Source: Camelus dromedarius (Eukaryota). Taken from it: a stretch of 64,000 nucleotides of DNA. A program made the position numbers and the translations under genes. Location of the stretch: the NCBI RefSeq assembly GCF_036321535.1, contig NC_087438.1:8062001-8126000 (forward strand), in the 5' to 3' direction. Below, piece by piece: positions 1 to 12,597 of this stretch (position 1 is its first letter; each line of letters begins with the position of its first letter). The notes below the pieces were generated by a model that worked only from the letters and a program-made list of their open reading frames with translations, was not told the DNA's origin and did not search any database.

Positions 1-115
1 CTCTGACTACTACGTAAGCTCCAACAGAGTAGAAACAGTGTCTGTTTCCCAACACCGGGAACATCCACGGATGATGCTCTGATGCTCATGTAAGCATTTG
101 TCAAATAAAGAACGT
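1..115 (+). mobile_element. L2 3' end fragment
   Basis: ACTACGTAAGCTCCAACAGAGTAGAAACAGTGTCTGTTT...GCATTTGTCAAATAAA. Confidence 0.5.
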
Positions 116-3100
116 TAAGTGCCTACACCATGATTTTTTTGCAATATAGATATCTTTAGGATTACACAAAAGAAATATTTCTAAATTTAAAAATGTATGT
201 TCAACGAACATCCTAGTTAAAGTAATCCTGTCAAATCATTTGCAAAATTTTTTGCATGGCAAATCATAGGGCATGTCCACAGTTCTAGTCAGTGTTTCAT
301 ATTTGGAGTTTCTATAAACGACGGTCAGAATATTTTAGTACATCCTACTCTACTCCAAAATGGATCTTGTATTTCCTATTGCCATGAAGCCATCATGCCC
401 GCAGCCTCACCAAAGCAGCTGAAGAAGCCCATGCACTGACCAGGTATTTGAGAACACTGATCACACCTGAAAAGGAAATAATGCCCAGCTGTCTGTGCCA
501 TCCTACGCGGAGTTCACCTGTGAGCTCACTGGTCACAGGCACTGCTAACTCGCATTCAACTGGCACAGTCTACTTACGGGAGAAGAAACCATCAGAAGGA
601 AATTAAGTTGATGCTCAAATACATTTTGCGCAGCTCTCCTTTTTCTTTAGGTTTTGTCAATTCAGTTGACAGGTTTTGGCAGGAAAGAGTTCTTTAGGAA
701 TATTAATACAGTTTGCTTTCACTCATATAAGTAAAGTTGCTTTAGTTTTTTTTTTTCCTACTAGGTTTTCTGTTTATCTAAATATTGGTGTCCTCAGACA
801 AACCACTGACTAAATTATGGTTTAAAAAAAAAAAAAAACTTCTGTGGGTGAAGAAATAGTTCTGAATATTAAATATTTAATCAGCCCACAAAATGAAAAC
901 GATAAGTACCTTAAAGCAGAACTGAAAAAAAATACTCTTTCATCTTCAAAAACTCTGGAAAGTAACACCAATTCTTAAGATTCAGGAAACAGAATTTAAC
1001 GTAGCTTTATGTAACCTTTTATCCAGCTTGATAAATATGTTGTCCTCAAAATATTATGCAATAAATTATATCTACTATGTTACAAATTCACACACATTAT
1101 CCTTTCTCAAATAAATGCAAAGCTTCACAATGCACCGTAAAAATCAGCTTATCACCTTTCTGCAACATGTAACATAAAACAAAAGTGGGATCAGATCCAC
1201 CACCAAGCAATTCAAACAGTTTGGGCTATCAGAAAAATTGACATAAAGATAGATAATATTTTGTGAAATAATGATCTTCTATACATGCACATTGCTGCAC
1301 CAAAAAGATTTACTTTTCCATTTTTGTCACTTGCAGACGTGTATGCTAATAAAAATGATCAGGTCAAATCAATATTACAGTCCAGAGGTCACCCGCTGTG
1401 TTCTGCAGTTTGACTGCTGGCCCACCGTTCTGGGGGCATCTCCCCACTCTGCCCAGGTGACAGCAGTAACTAGAGACAGGTTTAAAAGCTCCAGAGGACA
1501 CTCATCAAGCCAGAGACAAGTGGCTGTGATTTACTGCTAACATTACAGTATTTTTCAACACTCCTGCACATACTGCATTGAAGACGCAGTGTAATCACTG
1601 TAAAACTCTTCCCAAATTATGGTCCTATCATTATAAGATACTTTGATAATGACGTAATAAAAGTCTAAAGTTGGGATTCTGAGAAGTTCATAAAAGAGAG
1701 AAAGTAACAGTTGAAAGGAAAAGATGGGAGTCGCATGAGGGAACAGACTGCTGGTGCTGGAGAGACTGGAGAAGTACAGGACCAGCCACGCCCACGCACG
1801 CGAACGCAGTGAACAAGTGCTGGGTCAGGGTGTGGTCCTGGGTGGAGAGACTTTGAACACGGAAGACTGGCTCAGAGCGCTGTCCCTCACGTCTGATCCT
1901 GACGCAGAGGCCAGCTTCGAAGTCCGGCCCCACTTCTCCACCCCGTACGGCTTTGATTTGAGACACATGGAAATCTGATGACACCATCTCTCGGCTCGAA
2001 GTCCTTCAGAACAACGCGAAGGCTCACAGCACTGTGTCCGCTAGTCGTGTCCCGTCCCTCCGCCCCTCCATACATCTGTCTGCCAAGCTGGACAACTTCT
2101 GCTCCCTGCATGCGCCATCCTTTCCCTTTCATGTGAATCTCATCATCAGCCTGACTTAGGAATGGCCTCTTTTCCAAACACCTCCTGCAGTTTGCCCTGG
2201 AAAGCTTTCCCCACCTTTAAATATCCCTGCTCCGACTTCCGTAGCTAAGCGTTTTCACAGCACGTGTTACAGAATAGGAACGGAAGCTCTGCCATTTTCC
2301 ACAGACATCCCAAAGCTTCTTGAAAACATAGGGACATCTTAGTCATCTCTGTAATTTTAATGAGATCACAGTATCTGCTGCAGAGAATCTCGGATGACAT
2401 AAGGAAGGCATAATTGCCTAAGAATATGTAATAAGCATTTGTGAATTGCCTCCAAAAAGATTAGCAACATAAATGTGCTATCCCACATAAAAGTTTCACT
2501 GAAAGTGTCATTTCTGTACATAAAATAGAAGCAAAGTTACATTGGGGTAATTCATGTTTTCAGTATTTTGTGGAATTGCACAGTAATATATATTCTGAGT
2601 GGCCCCTTGAATGCATTTACTGGGCAACCTCTTTTCATTTGGACAGCTACAGGATAAAAAGTTATTTTATTACAAGCAAGAGACTTAAATAACGTGTATG
2701 GTATAGAATGAAACTTACATTCAAAGTCAAAATAAATTTCTGTCAAAGTGTGGCTGTTCTCCTTCGGCAGGTAACAAAAGCACAGGTTTTTTTTTTTTAA
2801 TGAATTTAATACTTTCAAAAGGCTTCTGTGTGTACCTCCTCAGTACGGAGAGACCTGCCCTCCAGGGAATGCTACTGGGCATTTCACTGAAAGATATGTG
2901 TAAAGTTAGAGGTCAGAGGGCAAAAGTAACACGGTCTTCCGTTCTGTGGGCAGATACGATCATTTTTCAACAGTTCGTGTCCACGGCGTGGTTAATTTTA
3001 TGAATACATGAGATACTACTTTAGCACATGTGATATAGTTCTGATTTCTATCCACACACTCTGACACATATTCAAAGCATCTTGAAAGTCAGGGAGTCAC

Positions 3101-4047
3101 ACGATCTACGAAGACAAACTCGTGGAGAAAGGTAACTGATCAGTCTGTCATCAGTGAGGAATCAGTCTGCCCTCTTCCCTCCTTGTTTTTGACTTTGCAC
3201 CCCCCACCCTCATCCCTCCTGCCAAGGAGCATCACATCCTGACAACTTCCTGAGGGCAACTGACAAGGCTCGGGGTTGCTACCCTCATTTCACGTTTCTT
3301 CCAAATACTTCACACTTTATGTTTACTTTCTCCTAATCTCTAGCGTAGTTTTAAAAGATGGTAGACAACAAAGGCAATGCTCTTCGGATTCAAAGGCTGT
3401 AAAATCAGCCCTCGTTTCTCTTCTCCACTAGAAATACCTGCTTCACAGAGGTCTCTTTGGCAACTTTGACTTAGAAGATAAGATTCTGCCACGTCTTTCC
3501 AACACTCCATACCCAGTAACCATGGTCAGTTTGGGGGAGAGACTCACACTTTCTCTGTATTATTCCAGTGCTAAAAATTATGAATGTTGTCAAATGAAAT
3601 ATAAGTAAAAGTGAAAGAAGAAAGACGCTATAAAGTGAATTGTACTATTAGTAAATGGACTCAGACAGTGGCATGAAATAAGTTCCTGCAGGAGACCTAC
3701 CACCTCCAGGGGGTTTAAAATATACCACAGAGACTCTCGAATGACCTCACCGGGTAATCAGCTAGGGTATCAGCTTCTTTACATAACAGAAGAAACTTGC
3801 AAGGGCTTTTTTGAAATAAATATATGTCATATCTACAAAAGCCCCTAATGTTTAAATCTAATAACTTTATTAAAAACCTAAATTGACATTAGCTTGCCAT
3901 TACTCAATCTCCATTAAAATATAGTGGTCTTTCACGGTCCTTACTTTCTTTTCAATGTGCTGACATATATTTTAATTAATGTTTTCCTGATTTTTTTTTC
4001 CTAAAAGATAACTCTCAGGCATACTGATCACTAGTGTCCAGAATTAA

Positions 4048-4051
<4 letters not shown>

Positions 4052-4079
<28 letters not shown>
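4052..4079. repeat. (TG)n microsatellite
   Basis: About 14 perfect TG units. Confidence 0.95.
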
Positions 4080-4082
<3 letters not shown>

Positions 4083-6415
4083 ATTGGGTATTTGCCAAGG
4101 TTCAACTCCTCTGGAACATCTTTTTGACTTCAAGATTTCTCAAATTATGTAGGCTCTGAGTTGTTTTTTTTTCTGCCCTCTTTTCTATCCCCTTTTCCCT
4201 TCCCTTCCCTTCCCTTCTTTAGACAAATCTGCAGGTTTCTGTAGACCCTCCAGGGGGAGCACAGAGAGAGGCAAAAGAGATCATACCAGAAACTGGAAGA
4301 AGGTTTGGAATTTTCCAGCAGTAAAAAGGGGAAAGGGTCTTCAGGTTGAGAAAAGGGCATGTGTAAAAGCAGCCTCGAAGGTCATGAAATTTCCCATAAA
4401 GGCAGCGTTCTGATCACACGGACAGCGGAACACAAGAGAAGGGCAGAGACAGGCTCTGAGACTTCAGGTGGTAAGAAGTTGCAAGGTCTTTTATTTCAGA
4501 GTATGCATTTGTATCTAGTCTGCAGGCAACAGAGCAGGAGTGAAAGCTACTAAGAAGGGGAGAGATGGGCTCAAGGTAGTTTCGACGATGGTGATTTTGG
4601 TGGCAGGGAGGAGGATGCATTGAACCAGACAGCTGGGGTCAGTGGGACCGGGTGAAAGGCTTTGCATCTTTCCAGGTAGTGATGACAAGGGTCTGCATTA
4701 GCAGGAAGGCAGTGGGGTTGCAGCAGGAGGCCAGATGGGGAGGGTGTGTCAGGGATGAAGCCCACGGCCAATTCTGTCATTTGTGAGGAGGGGGACTTGA
4801 GGTCCCTGCTGAGGTTTTTAGCTTAGAAGTAGAAATCTGCACAGGGCACAGACTCGAGGAACCAGAACAGATTTAGGGTCTGTGGAGATAAGACATAAGG
4901 CTTTTGAGGGGTCAGGAACAATTATCCAATACACGCAAACATGGCGCCCGGGAGAGAAGGGGATATAAGCTGGGCAGGCGGGCAGTGGGCAGGTAAGCAG
5001 ATGGCAGCAGGGAATTCTGACCAGCAAGGAGCAAGGTCCTCACCCAGGACGGGAGTGCAGCCTCCACAAAGCGACAGGAGTCACCAGAGCAGAGCAAACA
5101 CCTTGCCTTCAGGGTGTTGAGATAAGGTGCTGCGTTTTCAAGGTGAGCTCAAGCCCTTGATTCAACTTGATGTTGTATCTTATGCGTTTGATGGCCGCCG
5201 TCGTCATGGTTTCTGACTACAGTCTGGGTTGATCCCAGTGCCTGGCGGGGCGAAGCCTGCCGGTGGGGGCAGGAGGCATTCTGGACAAGCCCAGGGAACC
5301 CGTTTTTTATGACTCTGTGCCGAATACCAACATGATCCAAAACAGCAATGAAGAACAATGCTCAACCTCTCTACAGGTCTGTTCCCCATCGGGTCGAAAT
5401 CCTGCCACACAGCACCTACACAACACTCCTCCCTGCATGCAGTGTTTCCCAGCTTAAAGCCTACCTAACTCGCACCACGTGTAGCCACTTGAAACCCAGC
5501 CAGGAACCCCTGAAAGGGCGTGTAGCAGAAGGCGATCACGTGCTCTTCTGGTTGTTGAGATTTACTAAGGAGACTTTTCCAATCGATTGCGATGACCATG
5601 GGAAGAAAATACGCTCTCTGCACTCACCACTCACCATCACCAGCGTTTGAGAATATCTCCTTTTGCTTCTCTTTTCCTGATCATGATGAAAAAACTAAAT
5701 GGTGTCTATCCTAACACAGTCGGGGGCACATCAGGTTACTGGCAGCGGAGAGTTCTGGCTTTTTTGAAAAGATGAAATCCCCAGGGCTTCTCAGCCTGAG
5801 GGCAGCCTGCCATTGGCCGCCACAGTGTGCCATTGACCGTGGAGAGGGTAACAGAATGGGAAAAAGTATAGTTGGTCCATTGTTTAAAAGGGACTCCAGA
5901 CATCCTCATTGGCTGGGTGTTAATTGAAAGAAACCGTTTGTTTTGTGGTTAAGGTAGTTTGCTTCTGAAATTTGCTCAGAAATGGGGGCTGATTTCTCGG
6001 AAAACTGAAAGCCAAGTGTAATTTTTCCAGCTTTCAACCTCAGGACACATTATCCTTCTTCTTCTTCATTTTTTTTTTTTCTAAAGAGCAAAAGCCTTAA
6101 ATGGAAATCAAAGTCTGAAGCAGAACGAGCCCCTTTGCCTCGCTGGTGCTTAGCAAGAGCCCACACCACGCGCTTCCTTTCTTCTGAGAAACTGGTTCAA
6201 AGGTCAAGCTTAATGGAAATCTTCAGAAGTTTTATTTTCCTTTGCAGGCTTAATGAAAGGCTCAGAGCTTGACCCAATAAAATCTAGATTATGATGTAAT
6301 CTCAGTTGTTGAGGGAACCGCCATGGTTTTTCCCTTTAAAATAATCATCTGTCTGCAGGAGATCAAAAGGCAGTGCCTTGATATTTCATTACAACAATGG
6401 ATCAACACATCCATG

Positions 6416-6454
<39 letters not shown>

Positions 6455-6459
6455 ATACA
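6416..6459. repeat. (TA)/(CA)n microsatellite
   Basis: tatatatacacacac... with one interruption. Confidence 0.9.
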
Positions 6460-7264
6460 TCTTTATATCCTTTATTTCCTATGACCTTAAAGATCCAAAT
6501 ATAAATTTTTTCTTTAGGTTTGAGCTATCATCATGGGTAATAGTACTCAATGATCAAAACACAGGATTAATACAGAATACACTATTTGATGTGCCACTAC
6601 TAAACATAAAACATAATTTTATTTAAAACACATTCTTTAATGAGATGGATGTGGGGTTTAAAACATTAGTTTATGACTCTGTGAATGAATGTTATTTTTT
6701 GCTAGAATGCGACAGATCACTACCAATCTTTCTATTTTTGGCTTTTACAGATGCGACTTTTGGGAAACTGTTCACGCAAGTATGCAGTGAGGCTCAGGAC
6801 GCATGCAAGGTTGGCCCTTCTTTGTAAAGAAGGCAGGGAGAGCTGAAAGAGAGGTGGGACAGAGAATGCGTGGAGGGCAGCGAGATGCTGGCGAAGGCGA
6901 TTATCTTGAAACTGACTGTCCTGGAACGCCCTGAGGTCCTCACCCGGGGACACAGCACCTTTGCCTGAGAGCAGCCGGCCCAGGATGTAGGGGCTGCAAC
7001 TCCTATTATTCCAAACCTCAGACAGCACAAGGCCAGCAGAGACGGTATTGCTGCTGCCTTCAGGGTATGTCTTAGTTTCTTGCTCCTGCCTCCCAAAGGC
7101 TCCAATTAGCTGTGTGGCCCCACACCCCAGATACCCCGTGCTCCCTGACAGCTTAGCCCCAGACTCTCCATCAGGGGTGCAAACTCCACAAAAACATATG
7201 AGACATAGCAAGGCCTTTTCTTAATGAGCCAGAAACGAGGATGGCTGAGCAACACGGACCTTCA

Positions 7265-7400
7265 GGTCACTGACCTTCTTAACTTTAGTGCAAAATCCAT
7301 CACCAGGGATCTTGTTAAAATGCAGACTGTGGTCAGTAGGTCTGGGGTGGGGGCTGGGACTCTGCGTTTCTAAAGGACTTCCCCTTGGGAGGCAATCTGG
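7265..7400. mobile_element. MER5A-like DNA transposon remnant
   Basis: GATCTTGTTAAAATGCAGACTG..TCAGTAGGTCTGGGGTGGGGGCTGGGACTCTGCGTTTCTAA. Confidence 0.75.
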
Positions 7401-8439
7401 TGGAGAGAATGGTCTTACATCCAGCTCATCTTGGACCAGGGGTGCGTGGCAGATGTATTGAGGAGGGCCACCTGATTTACCAGGAGCAGTGCACAAGGCG
7501 TGACTGAATCACAAAAGAGCAGGAAATGCCTTCCTCCGTGATGAGAGGGCTCAGGCAAGAGGGGGATGCTACGGGCTGAAACTAATCCGAGAGACTGGAT
7601 GTGGCTGAGTATGACCCCGGGGCTGGTGGAGGTCAAGGGCAGTCAGGGAAGGGAAAAGAGAGGGGAAATAATAAGGATCTGAGCAAATCCAAGCGAGTCT
7701 AGCATGATTCACTCAGATGACCTGAGCTCGCTGAGGAAGGCTCGGGGGGAGAAAAAAGAGACATTAGGAGGATCTGGCTGGGATTAGGGAAGAGGGAGGA
7801 ACAGCTGGGTATCTCTGAAAGGCAAGCTGAAAATGTTGACAGTTTTAAAGGGGATAACATCATCTCGTAAGCTCCAATATTTGGATAATAAATCATCAGA
7901 GAAAAGGGTTCCCTGGAAAGAACAGTTGAAAACAATCCATGAGGGGATGGTTAAGTAAACGGGTCCAACAGAGACTATGGACGCAGCGATTAACTGAATA
8001 AAAGCAGTCTATATATTCTGACAGAAAAGATGACCAAGACATATTATGTGAATAAAAGAAAGTCGTGAATAATAAAGATATGGTACAATTATTGCAGAAA
8101 TTTAAGAAAGAAATTAGTGTGAGAAAACTTTTAAAAAGTAAATTACATCTTCACAAATCCACGCTGTAACATTTTGAAAAGTGAATTTAAATTCTGTTGA
8201 TCCTATCATCAATGATATTGAACACCTGGATTCCTCAAGCCAGACTTTTCATCAAATGAAAGAAAACTCTAAGGCAGCAAAACTCAAAAGATCCTCGTGC
8301 CTGACTATGCCACCACTACAATACAAAGAAAAGCACACTTGCAAGGTCAAATACAATTAATGTCTTAATGTCATAACTTGATTTCTAACTTCTGCAATAA
8401 ACCAGATGTGGTATTTGAGAGAAGTTTCTCACTACAGAT

Positions 8440-8565
8440 CAGTGACTCAGACTTTAATGTGCGTAGAAATCACTTGGTGTCTTGTTAAAATGCAGATCCT
8501 TACACAGTAAATGCATTTCTAACTGGCACGCAGGTCCTGGACCGCCGTTTGGATAACAAGGCTCT
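8440..8565. mobile_element. MER5A-like remnant
   Basis: AATCACTTGGTGTCTTGTTAAAATGCAGATCC...TGCATTTCTAAC. Confidence 0.6.
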
Positions 8566-8983
8566 AGAGAAGGAGCTGAAAAGTTTACGTTCAGGTCATT
8601 TTAGCGTTTGTAATTTTTTTAAGTATAAAGATATATTCTAATATAAAATTCAAGATGTGGCGGATTGGATACTTTATTTCAGTGATTTTAAAACTAGAGA
8701 AATGAAAGGGGAAAAAGTCAGTGATTCTTATTTTGTAGAAATCATGCATCTCCATAAGTGGGTTATGTCCAATTTTTCAAAGCACTACTGATTCACTGTG
8801 TTGGGTTGATTCAGTCGTATGTCCAGTGATTTATGTGTAAAACCAGTACAACGACTCTTTTATTTCAAATCTCACTTTCCATAAACCTATACAAACCTTT
8901 ACAAATTTAGAGAAGATAAACAGATGTTGACTTGCATGTTCTATTTTAAATGTTATACAAAATTCATCTTCAGAAAAGGTACA

Positions 8984-9128
8984 TCTTTTTGCTTTTGGAG
9001 GGGGGAGGTAATTAGGTCGGTTTGTTTGTTTATTCATTTTAATGGAGGTGCTGGGGATTGAACCCGGGGCATTGTGCATGCTAAGCACGCGCTCTACCAC
9101 TGAGCCACGCCCTACCTCTCTCCCACTT
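8984..9128 (-). mobile_element. tRNA-Ala-derived SINE (camelid vic-1-like)
   Basis: Minus strand GTGGCTCAGTGGTAGAGCGCGTGCTTAGCATGCAC...GGTTCAATCCCCAGCACCTCCA (A box, B box) followed by an A-rich linker and a CCTAATTACCTCCCC tail; perfect 12-bp TSD agaaaaggtaca at 8972-8983 and 9129-9140. Confidence 0.9.
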
Positions 9129-9379
9129 AGAAAAGGTACAACCATATGGGCAAAATGACTGCCCAGATAAACTTATCTCTTGGGCCTTCTGAGAGTGACG
9201 ATTGTACCCCCAAAGGCCCTCCTTTGGGGACACACGTGCGTAGATGACACAGAATCTCACCACAGCTGAATGCCTTTGGGGTTCCTGCTGACCTGAGGGC
9301 AGCCCTGCCTGCGAGCTCTGCCTAGTGTGTTTCATCTTGGACACTCACCCACTCACTGGTGGCTCCAAACACAGCCTCT

Positions 9380-9721
9380 TGGATTAGTCTCCTGGGGCCA
9401 CCGTAACAAAAACCACAGGCTGGGAACTGATTTTCTCACAGTTCTGGAGGCTAGAAATCCAAGATCAAGGCGCAGGCAGGTTTGGTTTCCCCCAAGGCCT
9501 CTCTCCTTGGCTTCCAGATAGCTTTCTCCCTGTGTCCTCACGTGATCTTTTCTCTTGTAAGGACACCAGTCCTTAGTGGATGAGGGTCCTACCCCGATGG
9601 CTTCATTTTAACTCAGTCACCTCTTTAAAGACCACCTCTCCATACTACCGTCACGTTCTGAGCTCCTGGAGGCTGGGACTTCAACACAGGAATCTGGGGA
9701 GACACATTTCAGCCCACAACA
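9380..9721 (-). mobile_element. MaLR LTR (MLT1A-like)
   Basis: CTCACAGTTCTGGAGGCTAGAAATCCAAGATCAAGG...GGACTTCAACACAGGAATCTGGGGAGACACATTTCAGCCCACAACA. Confidence 0.82.
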
Positions 9722-11681
9722 GCTCTCTTGAGCAAGTCTGCATTCAAGGCACCATAGAGTGACCCACAGTTGAAGAGAAATGCAGAGAAGAGGACAGGGG
9801 CAGCCCTGACAGTCAGTGCTAAGAGACAGGACGGGAAAGGGGTCAGAGGGAAGCAGGGGCAGGGGTAGCGTGGCTGAGGCCCTGCACCCCAGAGTTCTGT
9901 GCCAGGGCCCAGCAAACGCCGACTTTGCAGCGCCATCCACACTCAGGGCTCCTGCCACGGCCCCAAAGCAGCTTTTGTATCCAGAACCGTGACCTGGGTT
10001 TCAATGAGACCTGCCTGGCTGGGGCTGCTGCGACGGCTTCCTGTCTCTTTCATGCCCCTCTGGAAACTTACAACAAGCTCCTATTGACGGAGATAACCAC
10101 AGCGCATTTTCATTCCTTGCAATTTGAAAGTGCTTTCTGCAGCGAGTGAGCTAATGCTGGATGGTACCTACCAGCGCTTCAGGAGATGGTGTGGCTTGAA
10201 CGAGATGCACCTTCTATGGGGATGTATCTAAGGGTCTTTCTATATGTCACTGCTTTGCCTTCATTTTCAAAAAAAAATTTATTAAAGCAATAGCGTAGGT
10301 AATCAAACGGAAACTCCTTTCCTTTTTAACGGATACAAATGAAAATCTATAGTCATCAAGGGTCCGCAGCTACTTAAACAGAGCAGGACTAGCCTGTGTG
10401 TGCATACACACTGCTTAGCAGACACGCCCAGATTCCGAGTTTCGGCCGCTTTCACAATATTAGCAATACTGCCTGTTACTTTCACACTGATTTATGGTAA
10501 ATTTAAGCCTGTTAATGTTTCAATAATCTTCAAAACAAAGCCCAGCACAAATCTGGTGAGGCCCCCCGCAGAAACATTTCAGTTCATCTAAGAGAGTCCA
10601 TGTTTTATATTTTCTTCTTTAAAGTCAGAAGCATTTTTACTGCAGTATAGGCATTAACTGCCACTTATCTTAATGAGTTCTTTTCTAATATAAAATAGCC
10701 TGGCTTGAAATACAGCAGACTTCTTTGTCAGGAAGAGATAGGGACAGGAGTTCTGCTGGTTCCTGGGAGAAATGGGATGCTTTTTCTTTTCGATCTATCT
10801 TTTTTTGTGTGTTGGTTGAAAGCGTTCTGGTTTAGGGCCTTTGAGGTATGAGCTGCCTTCATCTTCAGTGTGAGGGAAAATTAACCCCAGCAGAAGTCAC
10901 AGAACAGAACTTTGGCTCTGAAAGCAAAAGCCACAATAGGAGCTCCTGAGGTTCTGAAAACAGAATTATGTGGTAGCTGGCAGAACCAGTTCCTAAGGGC
11001 AATTTTTAAATAAAAATGTAGCAGATAGTTTTTGTTTACTTTTGATTTATTTTTAAGCTCATATGATTTTTAAATATTATTTCTTATTTATTTCTTAGTT
11101 AATATTTCTACCTCCTCTCTCCTATCCCAAAGTTTCTAGTGTCCAGAATGGTGCTGGCTGGCTGTTGGGACTCAATAAATATTTGTTAAATGACTGAATG
11201 GGTTTCTGAAAGAGAATATTTTAAACTTATCACCATTTGGCAATATATTTCAAATAATAATAATAGCTATTTTTATTCTGTGGAATAATACTGTGCCATC
11301 TAATTGAAAAAGCTACCTCACATTTATGAGTTTAACTGAGTCTTACAGCTCATATACTAGGTAATATATGATTGTAATATATTATTATTTTTATTTTATC
11401 ATAAGAAAATGTGGGCAAGAGATTAAAGAGCTTACTTAGGTAAGTAAGCATTTGGGAAGTAATAAATGGCATAAGACACTGTAAGTTCTCCTTAAAAATG
11501 GGCTTTCGAGCTTCCCACAAAGTGGCAGAAGGCACTGTTTGCAAAGGGGTCAGGCTCAAGGTCAAAGCAGATCAGTGACTTCTATTCACTCTTCCTCCCT
11601 GTGGTCCCATCTGCGGCTCCTCCCTTGGTTTCCATCACTAGGGCCTGGGCAACATTTAGCTGGCTGTTTCATTTTCTTTCC

Positions 11682-12106
11682 TTTTTTATTGCAGTAAAAT
11701 AAACATAATATAAAATTTACCATTTTCACCGTTCTTATGTCTACAGTTCAGTGTATGCTGCCGTGCAGCCATCAGCACTATCCCTGGGAGGAACTTTTGC
11801 ATCATCCCAAACAGAAACTCTATCCCTTAAACATCAGTTTGCCAACTCCTCCTCCTCACCCCTGGTCACCAGAACTCTAACTTCTGTCTCTATGTTTCTG
11901 ACTACTCTGGGGACCTCACACAAGTGGAATCATACAGGGTCAGTCTTTTCATGTCTGGCTTACTTCACTTAGCGTGATGTCTCTATGATTCATCCATGTT
12001 GTAACACGTGTCAGGATTTCCTCCCTTTTTAAGGCTGAATAATATTCCATCATGTATATAGATCACATTCTGTTAATCCATTCATTCTTAGATGGATGCT
12101 TGGGTT
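11682..12106 (-). mobile_element. L1 3' end (L1MB-like)
   Basis: Antisense L1 motifs: TATAAAATTTACCATTTT, GTGGAATCATACAG, CTGGCTTACTTCACTTAGCGTGATGT, TTTTAAGGCTGAATAATATTCCAT. Confidence 0.85.
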
Positions 12107-12177
12107 TAAACAAGAAAAGGTGAAAGGGTTTTCTCAGAAGGTATTGGAAGGACGTTTGACAACCTTGGTGAGATGAC

Positions 12178-12597
12178 CAGTCAGATTAGGCATCACAAAT
12201 CATCCTACAACTCAATGGCTGAGAACAATCATCATCATTAATTATCTCATGGTTTCTTTTACAGTAATTCAAGACAGGGAACAGGAACATCTACTCCACG
12301 ATGTCTGGGATCTAAGCTGGAAGACCCAAAGGCGTGACTGGCACTGGGGGATTTGCTCTGCAAGTGGCTCACATGGGTGGCAAGCTGGTTCCTCCCATGT
12401 TGGCCTCGCCACTGGGATGCTTGAGGGCCCTAGGAAGCTGAACTGGCCTCCCTACCTGCAGGAGTCACACAGTGCCACCCCTGCAGTACACCACTGGTCA
12501 CAGAGGCCAGCTCTGACTCAGTGTGGGAGAGGCCACACGAAGGGGTGAGCGGCAGGAGAGAGGGTGCTTGGGGCCATCTTGGATACTGGCTACTGCA
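12178..12597 (-). mobile_element. Old MaLR LTR (MLT1F/H-like)
   Basis: Terminal motif TTGGGGCCATCTTGGATACTGGCTACTGCA and GAGTCACACAGTGCCAC; diverged. Confidence 0.6.
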
